In this document: piece by piece, positions 1 to 11,535 of the stretch
Numbering within the stretch: position 1 is the stretch's first letter
How the letters are laid out: each line of letters starts with the position of its first letter
Source of the DNA: Gordius albopunctatus
Lineage: Eukaryota
Assembly (NCBI GenBank): GCA_964276515.1
Contig: OZ193910.1
Coordinates: forward strand, 1,364,001 to 1,428,000
Direction of reading: 5' to 3'
Length of the DNA: 64,000 nucleotides
Translations under genes and position numbers: made by a program
Notes under the pieces: generated by a model
Told to the model about the DNA's origin: nothing
The model's input: only the letters and a program-made list of their open reading frames with translations
Database searches by the model: none

Positions 1-768
1 GAGCTGAGGGAACTGGTATGTTTTTAATTTAAGATTGCTACAGTTCCTCACATGCTTTGTTATATATGAGTAATGATTTATTAAGGCCAACTTTTACAAA
101 ACGAAGTATAATATAAAATACACATCAAGATCAATGTAATTTTGTTTTTAATTCAATTATATATCTATTTTATAATATAAATCTGATATAAAAATATTTA
201 TGTAGAATAATGTACACAAATATGGGGTGAACGATAAATCAAGAAAGACAAGAGCAAATCAATAATAAATTATTATCAATTGATATAACCGCTAAAATGG
301 ACAATTTGATCTGGTATTTAGAATAACAATCATATGTTTATAAAACCCTATCCATTGGTGTAAATTGAAATAAATTATAATTAAAGTTTTAAACTGGTAC
401 CCTTATCATGTTATTAATACAGAACCTCTAATAAAAGGTTTTAATTATAAAAAAACGTTTAAAATGTTTAGAAACGCTAAAGCAAGTATTTGTATTTAAT
501 GTCTAGATAAATATTAATTCTTAATTTCTAACACATGGGAATGGGAACCTTAAATTAAAACCAGGATTATTAATTAATTTTAGCAATAACTCAAATATAT
601 AGTAAATAAAGAAGGAATGTTACAAAGGTCATGAAAAACACATTCCTTTAATGATATTTTTTTATTATGGTTAAAAAGTTTATTTTCACGAAACAAAGTT
701 AGATAAATAAGCGAAATACAAAAATAAAGGCATATTGGTTAAATACAAAGATCTATATCATTATCTTC

Positions 769-866
769 CATGGGCGTAGCCGGGGGGAGGGGCGGCGCCT
801 CCTCCCCCCTAAATAATTTTACGTTTTGCCCCCCCCCCTCCTAATCCAAAACCTGGCTGCGCCATG
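769..866. mobile_element. Short MITE, CATGGGCGTAGCC-terminus family
   Basis: Starts CATGGGCGTAGCC and ends GGCTGCGCCATG, with G/C tracts inside. Same family as the copies at 8446, 39875, 53992, 54597, 62413, 62871 and 63451. Confidence 0.75.
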
Positions 867-1303
867 GGTCATGAAAAACACATTCCTTTATCGATATCGA
901 ACATATAATTTTTAGGTAAATTCCTAAAAATGATATATATTATCTAATTAAGTGAATAAATTTAGCACGTATTATTAATATAATGATTAGTTTAGTTAAT
1001 GTGCTTATGTATATAAACCAAAAAGAAGTCGTTTTTCCTAAGTCATATAATAATGGTTAAATAGCAAGGAACTCAAATTCACTCTGTTAAACTTATCATG
1101 CTAAATATATAAATATATTCAGCTGCTTGAATTACCACTATAATTTAATAAAAAATAAGCTTTGTTTTAACGGAGCTCAGCATTTAATTAGGTTTTATGA
1201 CTAGCCTTTTAAATATAGTTCATTTTTCCGATCTGATTTGGGAAACCGTGCCAAGGGGTTTGGTATTTAATAAAGAGCCCAATCCAATGACGTCATTGCA
1301 ATA

Positions 1304-1535
1304 TTAATTGCTATGCAATTTATGGGCTCGTTTTTTGGTGTCCGTCCGTCCGTTACCCTCCGTATTTACACCGGTTTTCTGACTTGTAGGTTCGAGTTCG
1401 ATCCCCGGAGAGGACAAAATTTTTTTTTAATTTTAAATTAAATTAATATATTTTTCTTGTTAATAACATTGATAATATGACTTTTTGACCGTGCCCTGGC
1501 TACTGTCTAATGAATAAAATGACCATTGGCCAAAT
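1304..1535 (+). mobile_element. DINE-1/HINE-like (Helentron non-autonomous) element, 5' part
   Basis: TTAATTGCTATGCAATTTATGGG subTIR followed by a (GTCC)n microsatellite and the GATAATATGACTTTTT..ATGACCATTGGCCAAA repeat unit also seen at 17727-21388. Confidence 0.7.
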
Positions 1536-2469
1536 TGTATTTATTTCGTTAATTAGGGCGGCATCTAATAAGCCATAAAAGAAATTTATGAGCAGGAAAC
1601 TTAGTTACAAATGGTAAAAAAAATTCATTTCCTTGTCATGTGTCAATAAGAAATTAATTTAAATTCCATGAAAATATATTTTGTACTTTATCAAAAAATA
1701 TGCTTCTAAAATTCATCCCCACCCCTTTAAATCCAAAAATTTGTTGAAATTTATTAAAAGTACGGCAGGCCGAAAATTTCTGCAACATTAATGTAATTCA
1801 TTATATATATATTCGTAAATTCTAGCAACTTTTGCTAGTTAAAAAATATATTTTTCTGATTAAGATTTTTTGGACTATTTTGTTAATTATCACATATTTA
1901 ACTAAGTTATTTGGGCACACTGAGTATTTATACAACTTGCAATCTTCCTTTAAATCTGCAGGCACTTAGAAATAATATTTTAAGCGATCTTAAACTTTTA
2001 GAATTTAAATACTCCCCACCCCACAACCCCTCTGTATTGTATCTCGATTGCTAGGAAACGAGATGGGTATAACTAATATTATCGATAAAAATCGATAATT
2101 CTAATCAATAAATATTATGCGATTAGATAGTTTTGAAATCGAATTTATGGGGGAGGGAGAGGGGAAGTGTATTTAAAATGTTTTAATTAAATGCTATGCA
2201 ATTTACGGGGGATCGATTTTCCCAGAAAAATGTCCCATAGCAAATAATATTATTATTAATGGCATTTACTTATATATAGTTACTAGCTGACCAGGCAAAC
2301 GTTGTTCTGCTATATGTACATTCGTTAGTTATATATTTTATAACATCTTCTAATTTCGAGTCATGATTTTATAATTTTAAATAAAAAATGGAATGCTTGC
2401 CAGCAATTTCCAAAATATAAATTTAAAATTATTATATTGATAACAACATAATTAAACATAATTAAATAA

Positions 2470-2826
2470 TGTGTTAATATACTTACCTAAAACAAATCCC
2501 TGATCCGTTTATAACCCGCCATCCCTCCTCTCCACCCCACCGTTCTTTTAATTGGTATAAAATAATATACAATAATTAACACAATATTTCCAATATTTAA
2601 TGTTTTAACATAATTAAATTATTTATATTGTATTAATATACTTACCTAAACAAATCCCTGATCCGGTACGCCATCCCTTCTCCTCACGCCACTGTCCTAT
2701 GAATGGATATGATTCTTGTATAAAATAATCGACACAATATTTCAAATATTTAAAGTGTAACTTTATTAAATCATCTATAATGTATTGATATACTTACCGA
2801 AACGATAAAAAAATCCCTGATCCGTT
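2470..2826. repeat. Three degenerate ~160-bp subterminal tandem repeats in the Helitron 3' region
   Basis: ATATACTTACC..AAATCCCTGATCCG recurs at ~2477, ~2636 and ~2788. Confidence 0.75.
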
Positions 2827-2837
2827 TTACTTCACAA

Positions 2838-5800
2838 TTAATCTCTAAGTGCTATGGAGTATACAATATTTTTGGTTAGACCGTCTTTGGCCAACACAAA
2901 CAAACTGGATGGTTTACCCGGGCGAGAACATGCCATATATAGTTGTCCATGGGAAAAGCATGGTGTGCTCAAATCTAAGCCACAAATAGACATTGTTTGG
3001 ACCTGGGCTTTATTAATTGTCATTGCGAAAGCTAATCTAATCGGAAATTGAATGCGTTTGAATTGAATGGGTACATCTAAGGGAAAAATAGGAATTCGTG
3101 GCAGCAATATATTTTCACCGCGAAATTTGGCATTCAATATAGTGACTTCTATAGAGTTTTGTAATAATTTTTTGATTACTAATCGTGTGCCATTGAAAAG
3201 CCGTGGTGGGTTTAGGTTACGAAGTAAAATTACAGGAGATTCGATCTTTAGCTGTAAATCGTGCGGTGTCATGCCTGGCAAATCCAAAGAATTCAAAAAC
3301 TCAATCGAATAATTTACAACTTCGTTGGCATCACATACTGTATCGACAGATTTGTATGATATTAAGTCACCTGGCAACAACTGTTGTATCTTGGAATTTA
3401 AATCATTGACGTCCACATTTTTTGCTGCTAATATTGCTCTTTCTGCCAGCCAATCAAGATTGTTGTTTTCTGTGTAAAGATTTGGAAATACATGGTCAAT
3501 GAGAGCAGTTTGCGCCTCTACAATTGTGCAAAAATCCGATGGTAATTTCATGCATTTAGTATTTTCATTTAAAGCACATTTTCCATCACCAATATTCAAC
3601 AGTTGTCTTGAAAAACTTTCAGCGGATGCATCTTTAAGCATTTAAACGCGCATATTTACTTTCAGCTGTAGTTTCAAAACATAACACCAAAGTGAGGATG
3701 ACTTTAAGCAGACGTTGATTTCATCAGCGTACGTTGAACGCGGAATAACGGGAAGTGTTTGTCGAAAATCACCTAAAAGCAGTAAAAGAGTACCGCCAAA
3801 AAGTCTGTCGTTGTTCTTTACATCCTTCAATGTCTTGTTCAATGCCTCAAGTGAATGTTTGTGTGCCATAGTGCATTCATCCCAGATGATAACTTTACAT
3901 TGTTTGAGCACTCTGGCCATGGACGATTGTTTTTTATGTTGCACATCGCTTCAGGGTTATTTTGAATATTAAGTGGCAGCTTAAATGCTGAATGAGCTGT
4001 TCTGCCTCCATCTAATAAAGTAGCTGAAATGCCAGATGAAGCAACGGCCAAGGCGATACCATTTTTCGATCGTATCTCAGCAAGAATTAGCGAAATTAGA
4101 AATTTTTTGCCAGTCCTTCCCGGTGCATCCAAAAAAAGAAACCTCCTTGTCCTTCAGAAATTGCAAGCAAAATGCGGTCGTAAAGGATTTTTTGTTCATT
4201 AGTGAGTAGCGGGACATTGCGAGTAACGAATGCTGCCAATTGTATTGTAGTTCACAATTCATATCAGTATTGATTAAATCAGATGCATTTCGATTTGGTA
4301 ACCGCATACCGAAATAGCTGATGTTTAAATTGGCGATGACAATGCAAAGATCCTCAATAGCTATCAATGCTTCATTGTACATGGAGTCAGTGAATGGTAT
4401 CGTTAGATCGTTGCTCATATGAAGATATCGATGCAATATATCATCAGTCATAGAATCTTTGTGATTATCCTACAACGTTTGTGCTCGGACAGGCAAACAT
4501 GTAGTCAACACTATGGCGAAAAGTAGAAGAATTAGCGCTCCTGTACAGTTTAATGATGCTTCAGTAAGCATACTGTCCGAATGATTGTCGTCTTCTAGCA
4601 ATCCTAATGCAAGGCATGCATCTTTATAGGTTGGATACTGTTGTCCATTTACTTTACGGATATCATGAAAAGACAAAAGGCCGGTGACATTAACCAACAA
4701 CAGGCGCAGATAAAAGCACTCAGTCTGTCTTGTATTGACTGTATATACACGACCTAAATTGTTTGATTTAAATAAATCGTGGCATGCATCAACTTGTGTG
4801 CGTTGCTTGCGCGGCATCCATTTTCTCGATTGCGTCCACGTAAAATAGCGCGGTACTTCTGAATAAAGCAGTGTTCGTGCGAAGGCACCAAAAGCATCAG
4901 AGGAATTACACAAAGCAAAAAAAGCTGTTAGCGTGGTGTTTGGTGGATTTATTGAACGATCAAAAGCCGTCTCGTTTGTGAAAAAAACGCGTTGGCCGTT
5001 TTCAAGATGAATAGCTAAATGGATAACTGCTGGATGACGTTCATGAATTTGAAACCCGAAGATTCGCTAAATAGCTTCATTGGAGCTGATGTATCGTCCA
5101 ATTTGGTAGTTGGTGATTTCATCACTGTCATTCACTGGCGTAGCTTTCACATTGGTATTTTCAACTCTAAATACAGCCATATCACTTCCTTTATTAATAT
5201 ATTTGCAAATGTATTTAATGCTTTTGACCGAATTGGAACTCAACATTAATATGAGCATTGAATGTTTTACAGAGGAGAGGTGAGTATGGTACGACCCAAA
5301 GATTGTCGATGTTAATGTCTGCGTTACTGATAGTTTTACTAAATGATTGTCCGCCATCATTGGTACTTCTTCGACGATATATAGGATATCCGTCTCCATG
5401 TGTGATCTTATCGTTGGTGAAATCTTTAGAAAAACGTTTTGTACACTTTCCATCTAACGTGCAAGGCGATGAAGGATTTAAAGCACCGCATGGGCCATGA
5501 ATCATATTTTTGGTGATAATATCAAACAATAATTGATCAGTAGAAGGATTTGGGATTTTTGCGGATACTAAACTATCTATGTCTTCTGGGCGTATTTTGT
5601 CAATGAACCAAATCAAAATATGCGCATGAGGTAATCCACGCTTTTGCCACTCAACCGAATACATCCAACAACGTGCGGAGCCAAATATGTGTAATTTTGT
5701 AATAAAGTTAACGAAAGACCTTAATTTTTGTTTAAACACACGGGCTATTATGTCATGACGATGTATTGCATTTTGTCCTGGTAAGAGTAACGATGTAACT

Positions 5801-7394
5801 TCCTGCCATTTTGGGTTACATGTAAAGGTGATAAATAAACATGGTCGTCCGTATTCGCGTACGTAAGCCATGGCATCCTGTATGTATTCTTGCACGTGAC
5901 GCGGACTACCTACGTACCATGATGGTAGAATAATGGAGCTACCAATTCCGGCAGCGTCAGCGTTAGTAGCGATAGCGTATCGCAGGTGGATGTATTCTTC
6001 AGCACGCAGCTTTTTCTGGTTATAACGTAAGAAGCGTAAGCGCTCGCTCTCAATCTTCACATACATATCTACAATGAACTGCTGGCAAAGCTCTCGACAG
6101 CGTAGAATTATGTTGTCTTCACCGTTTCTAATCATCAAACAATAGGCATAATAATCCATCGAGCTCACTTTTTTGCTTGTTTCAGCTCCTGTGATATGAT
6201 ACATACAAAAAAATTAAAAATGAGTAGTCATGTTTTATGTTGTATAAAATACCATTTCGGGGATCCCGTTGTTTAATGTTTATAAAATAACCATCTTGCC
6301 CCTTCCAAAAAATGAGCGGATATTGGAGAGCGTCATAGGAACGGTGGGTATTAGAAATGAACTGTAGATTATCATCTCTTTTGCGAATCACGATTTGGCG
6401 CAGAGCTGTACGGTCGCCAATCATGATTCCAGCAACATCGTCAACAACAGGTGCATTAAATCTACGTATATGCTGTCCCGCAGGTGTTTTATCAGGATAG
6501 ATGACAATAGCGTGTTTGTCACTTATTAATTTGGGCATGTGTGCTTTAAATATTTTAAAAATTCATTGTGCTCAGTCAACAGAACGTCCAGGTCGCTGAC
6601 GGTGCACCTGGCAAAAGGTGAATTAATGTGATTGTAGCCGCAACGTGCATCTACGCGATTGGCTAGTGCGCGTTCAGAATCCTCACCACCCATAAAGTAA
6701 ATTTGTAAAAATTTATAGGAATTGTTTGGCATTGGCAGCAGTGAGCCAACTTTGTGAAAAACTTGGCCTTTAATTTTGAACGTTGAATTAAATAGCTGAC
6801 CGTTTCCAGCGTCAGTTTTAACTATTTCTGTTGCTCCGAACGATGTCATTTGGAAGCATGAATTAAATGGGCGAATTGACTTTAGGAATAGGCTAGAATC
6901 AGGATCCATGCCAATTAGTAAGCCGTGCAATGGTTCAGCTGGTGCTTCAATTGCCGTTAGTTGTACTTTTCCTGATGCGCAACACATCCCTGGTGGCTCA
7001 TTTTTAAATTTAAGTGCATGACAATGTGGACATTCCTTGTCTATAGTACCAATTACCACTTTGGAATGAGCGTAATATTCAACGTCATCTTATAATGGAA
7101 TGCTAGTCGGAGGAATGAAGCTGATGTAAATGCTCGATGTACTTGTTGGAGTTGTTGGTTAATAGCTCTACGTGTGTTAAACACGAAGCGGCGCTCTTGT
7201 CTTTGGTCTAATCTTCTTTGTAGATTTAGTTCATCTCTAGTCTCTTGCGATTGTGATTCATGGAATAAAGCCATACTAACACGCACATCTGCATTATTTT
7301 GTTGTTCATCTGTTCTCTGTGCTCGTTTATTGCGCAAGACTGCATTATTTTTTGTTCGACTATCTAAATTGGCTTTTTTGCGTTTTGCAGGCAT
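2838..7394 (-). pseudogene. Helitron RepHel (HUH replication initiator + PIF1-like SF1 helicase), broken by frameshifts and stops
   Basis: Collinear ORF fragments carry CPHCHA..CCASG (Zn), Rep motifs FITFTCNPKW, VEWQKRGLPHAHILIW and SIKYICKYINKG, and helicase motifs DAPGRTGK, IIWDECTM, GDFRQTLPV, FAMTINKAQ and FSHGQLY. A 64-nt GT-AG intron at 6252-6189 joins RDPRNG|AETSKK in frame. Confidence 0.93.
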
Positions 7395-8684
7395 TGATAA
7401 CTGTAAATAATTAAAATATTGGCAATTTAATGATAACTATGAAGGTTAGAGACTCCCAATTTTTGCTTATCAATGCTATTTATAATCAAAGTTAATTTTA
7501 ATAATACATTGTCACTTTAGGAATTTAAATCAGGAAGGAGCAAAACATTTGAAAATAATTTAGGGAGGGGCAAAAGGCAGAAATTACATGATTATAATTT
7601 ATTCGTATTAATTTTTTATATTTTTTCTCATTTAGGGGAAGGGGCGGCCACCCCTCCCTGTCCCCCTTGGCTACACCCATGAAAAATCGAGAGCTTCAAA
7701 AAAAATATAAAAATTTGGGATTGAAAAACTTTCTAGTATATGACAGAAGAAGCCAAAGGAATGTTAGGGTCTCTAAATTTTGGGGTATTTCAAATATGAT
7801 TAGTTTTTAATTTGATGCTGTTTAAAAATTAAAAGTGTATTAAAAGATATTTTATAAAAAAAGTTAGATGATTACTCAATAGTACACTTTTCAAGTAAAT
7901 GACAGAAGAAGATAAAGGAATGTAAACTTTTCCAGTAAACAACAGAAGAAGCCAAAGGAATGTTAGGAGCCAAAGGAATGTTAGAGTTCCTAAATGTTGG
8001 GGTATTTCAAATATGATTAGTTTTTAATTTAATGCTGTTTAAAAATGAAAAATTTGTTAAAAGATATTTTATAAAAAAAGTTAAATGATTTCTCAATAGT
8101 ACACGTTTCCAGTATATGAAGGTTTCACAGTTATTTTTCAAGTTGATGCTCAAATTTGGGATACCATTGGAATTGCTGACGTCATAAGGCCTTTGGTGAT
8201 TGACATATAAGGTGACTGACAATACATATAAATCAATATTGGACCGATTTATTATTTGGGAGGTTAAAAAATAGATAACAACCGATTCTCATACCTACCG
8301 AATATGCATGCAAAGTTTCATGAGAATCGGTTAAGCCGTTTAAGAGGGGCACAAACACTTGACACGTGATTTTTATATATTAGATTTGGCTATAATTTCA
8401 AATATGACCCATTTTACATTCGTTGTAAAGTTCCTATATTTCATACATGGGTATAGCCAAGGGGGGCAGAGAGGGGCGGTTGCTTTCCTCTAAATCCAAA
8501 AATTTGCTAAAATTCCAAAAAATGATCATTTTGCCCTTCCCTAAATCATTATTGCCCCCCTTTAATTACAATGATGGGTAGGCCCATAATAAATGTTTTA
8601 ATGAATGAAAAATCTGGTATTTTAATTGAAATATATTATAATAAATTCTTTTTTCCTTACTACTATATGTTTGTAAATGTATAC

Positions 8685-9997
8685 TGTAACGAAGTGGCCG
8701 ATCCCATCCTCGTCGCCAAATGTAACGAAGTGGCCGGCTGGTAGAACCCTAAGCTCCCGTATACTAGGCTCCCGTATAACACTAACTCCGATTCTAAACC
8801 AAGAGACTAAGTCAAAAGACAGAGACTGTTATTAGGTGGATAAGGCTTTATATACACATAGCGAAAGACATATATAAAAGTAGTAATCAATTAAGAGATA
8901 ATGTACGGTGTAAACTAAGGTATATTCAAATGGCTAAGCGTATATTCAATTATCTGTGACCGCGCTCAAGTATAGGAAAAACGCGTGTATTCAAATTGCA
9001 ACCTTAAATGCGGCTACACTACACTTCTCCCTCCTTTAAGCGGAACCTTGAGGATATCTGACAGTTGGCACCGATACTCTTTTATAGGAAAGTATGAAAT
9101 CGCTTTGACCAACAACCGCGAGCCAGGTGGTTTGGTTTACCACACCTATAACCTATTATTTTCTTGTTGTTCCTAAAGGTGCTAAGATTAAGAACATTTC
9201 TTAAAAAAAATATTATAATTATTAGTCAAATTCCTAGTTGGATATTTTTTATCCAGATGTAATGTTTAAATCGTTAAACTATCAATATCCTTTGGATAAA
9301 TTTGACTTTTTAATTTACTCAGATGGGTCGTGCCTATATAAGCTAGCAACACCAATTTTCTCAAATCTCCGTCAATTTTTCTAAGACGAAAGATTAATTC
9401 CAATTGATATAAATAATCATCAATATTTTTAGTTGAATCATATGATGTAATATCTCTAACCCAACCAAGAGAATTCCCGGAATCTGATTCGAATTTTGAA
9501 CCAAACCAAGAGAATTTCCGGAATCTGATTCCAATTTTGAATCCACATCGGGCTTCTTCTTGGTCATTTTGATTAACAAAGGCTAGCGGCACTCATTATG
9601 GGGTATCCCATCCTCGTCGCCAAATGTAACGAAGTTGCCGATCCCATCCTCGTCGCCGAATGTAACGAATTGGCCGATCCCATCCTCGTCGCCAAATGTA
9701 ACGAAGGGCCGGCTGGTAGAACCCTAAGCTCCCGTATACTAAGCTCCCGTATAACACTAACTCCGATTCTAAACCAAGATACTAAGTCAAAAGACAGAGA
9801 CTGTTTTATTAGGTGGATAAGGCTTTATATACACATAGCGAAAGACATATATAAAAGTAATCAATTAAGAGATAATGTACGGTGTAAACTAAAGTATATT
9901 CAAATGGCTAAGCGTATATTCAATTATCTGTGACCGCGCTCAAGTATAGGAAAAACGCGTGTATTCAAATTGCAACCTTGAATGCGGCTACACTACA
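8685..9997 (-). mobile_element. Mini non-autonomous Gypsy (Mag-like) LTR retrotransposon with gag remnants only
   Basis: Near-identical ~300-bp LTRs (cores 8721-9023 and 9697-9997, TG...CA) and 5-bp TSD TATAC (8680-8684, 9998-10002). Minus strand shows PBS TGGCGACGAGGATGGGAT, PPT AAAGGAGGGAGAAG abutting the left LTR, gag N-terminus (..KLVLLAYIG..) and zinc knuckle GYRCGKPNHLARGC. Confidence 0.92.
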
Positions 9998-10284
9998 TAT
10001 ACTTATTAAACACTTAAATTATCTCGTAAACATAATTACAGTTTTGCAATTTTGTATTTTTATTTTACTTACAGTATAGGCTCAATCAATCAACATTTCA
10101 AATTTTAACTTTAAAATAGTACAAAGTTTAGGGCTTAAAAATATTAAAATTTATGATATTTTTGTATGCTGATTTTAATTATACAATATACTAATTCAAA
10201 TGCTGGCTACGCCCATGAAACCTCCTAAGGACCTATATAAATTACAATTAATTTCCGAAAATATTATGTTTAATTGTGATATTA

Positions 10285-10608
10285 TTAATTGCTATGCAAA
10301 TTATGGGCTCACTTTCCATTTTCCGGTGTCTTGTCACGCACCGAATCTATTGTCACGCTTGCCGTCGTGAAGTGGGTTCGATACCCGGGGAGGCCAATTT
10401 TTTTTAATTCAATGGAAAATTTGTATTAATAATTAACTAATCATTTTGCATTTACTATCCCCCTATAAGCAATCTCGCCCATAAATTGCAAAGCAAATAT
10501 GCTACTTTTATACGGAGTATAGATGAGTCGTTCCCCCCTCCCTCCTGCCCCTTTCTCCCCACTTCCCTTCCGCTCCTCCCCTTCCCACGAGGGCCGAAGG
10601 CCCGAGTT
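10285..10608 (+). mobile_element. Complete short DINE-1/HINE-like element
   Basis: 5' subTIR TTGCTATGCAAATTATGGG, its inverted partner CCCATAAATTGCAAAGCAA near 10478, a pyrimidine tract, and a 3' hairpin GGGCCGAAGGCCC followed by GAGTT. Confidence 0.78.
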
Positions 10609-11535
10609 CATATTAAGTCTTTAATATTTTCAATAATTTAAATTGTTATAACAAATAATTAACTTAATATCAGCCAAATATAATTAAATTTATACTTAAA
10701 ACTGAATGATTTATTAAATCAAACTAGACTTGAAGTTGAATAAGATTACATAAAAATTTTCATGGTAACTATGGAGCTGATTTTTTGAATAAAGATTTAG
10801 TATGTTATACGGTATCCAAAAGGTTTAAAGGGTTAGTTAATTTAGAATATTTAGAAAATTGTCGTAATTGAAATTATTGTCTTGATCTGAAATTTTTTAA
10901 TCTATTAATTAGGATAGTTTGTAACATTTAATACATTAATTTGTTATACATTATTACTGGAATAAATGTTAATTAGTATTCGTTATATATATGTATTCGC
11001 CAAATGGGAAACACTTCTTTATAATTAATTTTATTTAACACTCTTATCTTGGATATGTTTAATAACCAATTATATAATGTAATAGTGTGAATAACAGTCA
11101 ATTAAGGAATGAATTAATGGACTTCATTAATTGGGATCAACTGGATGAGTAATGAAAATATTAATTGATCTTTATTCGTTATTGATTTTATATAATTCCA
11201 AGAGGAGTTGCATGCCATACTCCGATAAGAAATGGTGAGTGCTCGTCCAATAAAATGTTGATAATTATGCCTCAAGCTGAGTTGCACTGGAGAAGGATTC
11301 GAATCATTCTTTTTCTGACTTAATCATGCTTATTGATTAATTGGATAATGGTATCGGGAGACCTATTTAACAATACACACCAACGAGCAATTAAATTAAT
11401 TAATGATAGGTTACACTTGGCAATAACCTTGATTTTATATGCACTGTAATCTTATAAACAATCATCCCGATCAATTGTCTCGTCTGGTCTGTATAAATTT
11501 TTCTCTTGGAGTGTTAGAATCATACCAAACTCCTC

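Larger units (their letters stand above)
2283..8384 (-). mobile_element. Full-length Helitron (rolling-circle transposon), decayed
   Basis: On the minus strand it begins TCTAATATATAAAAATCACGTG at 8384 (preceded by A) and ends GCAGAACAACGTTTGCCTGGTCAG-CTAG at 2283 (followed by T): canonical A|TC...hairpin-CTAG|T with no TSD. Encloses Rep/helicase ORF fragments. Confidence 0.93.

Noticed and set aside
1..21. Possible exon end GAGCTGAGGGAACTG|GTATGT of an upstream gene
   Set aside because: Only 15 coding bases and no convincing downstream exon; cannot be supported.
2854..7410. Plus-strand short ORFs over the Helitron, and antisense ORFs over the LINEs and GPCRs
   Set aside because: Shadow ORFs on the opposite strand of recognised coding sequence.
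9598..9933. 111-aa ORF with repeated PILVAKCNE motif
   Set aside because: Antisense translation of the 36-bp PBS/LTR units and the LTR; not a gene.
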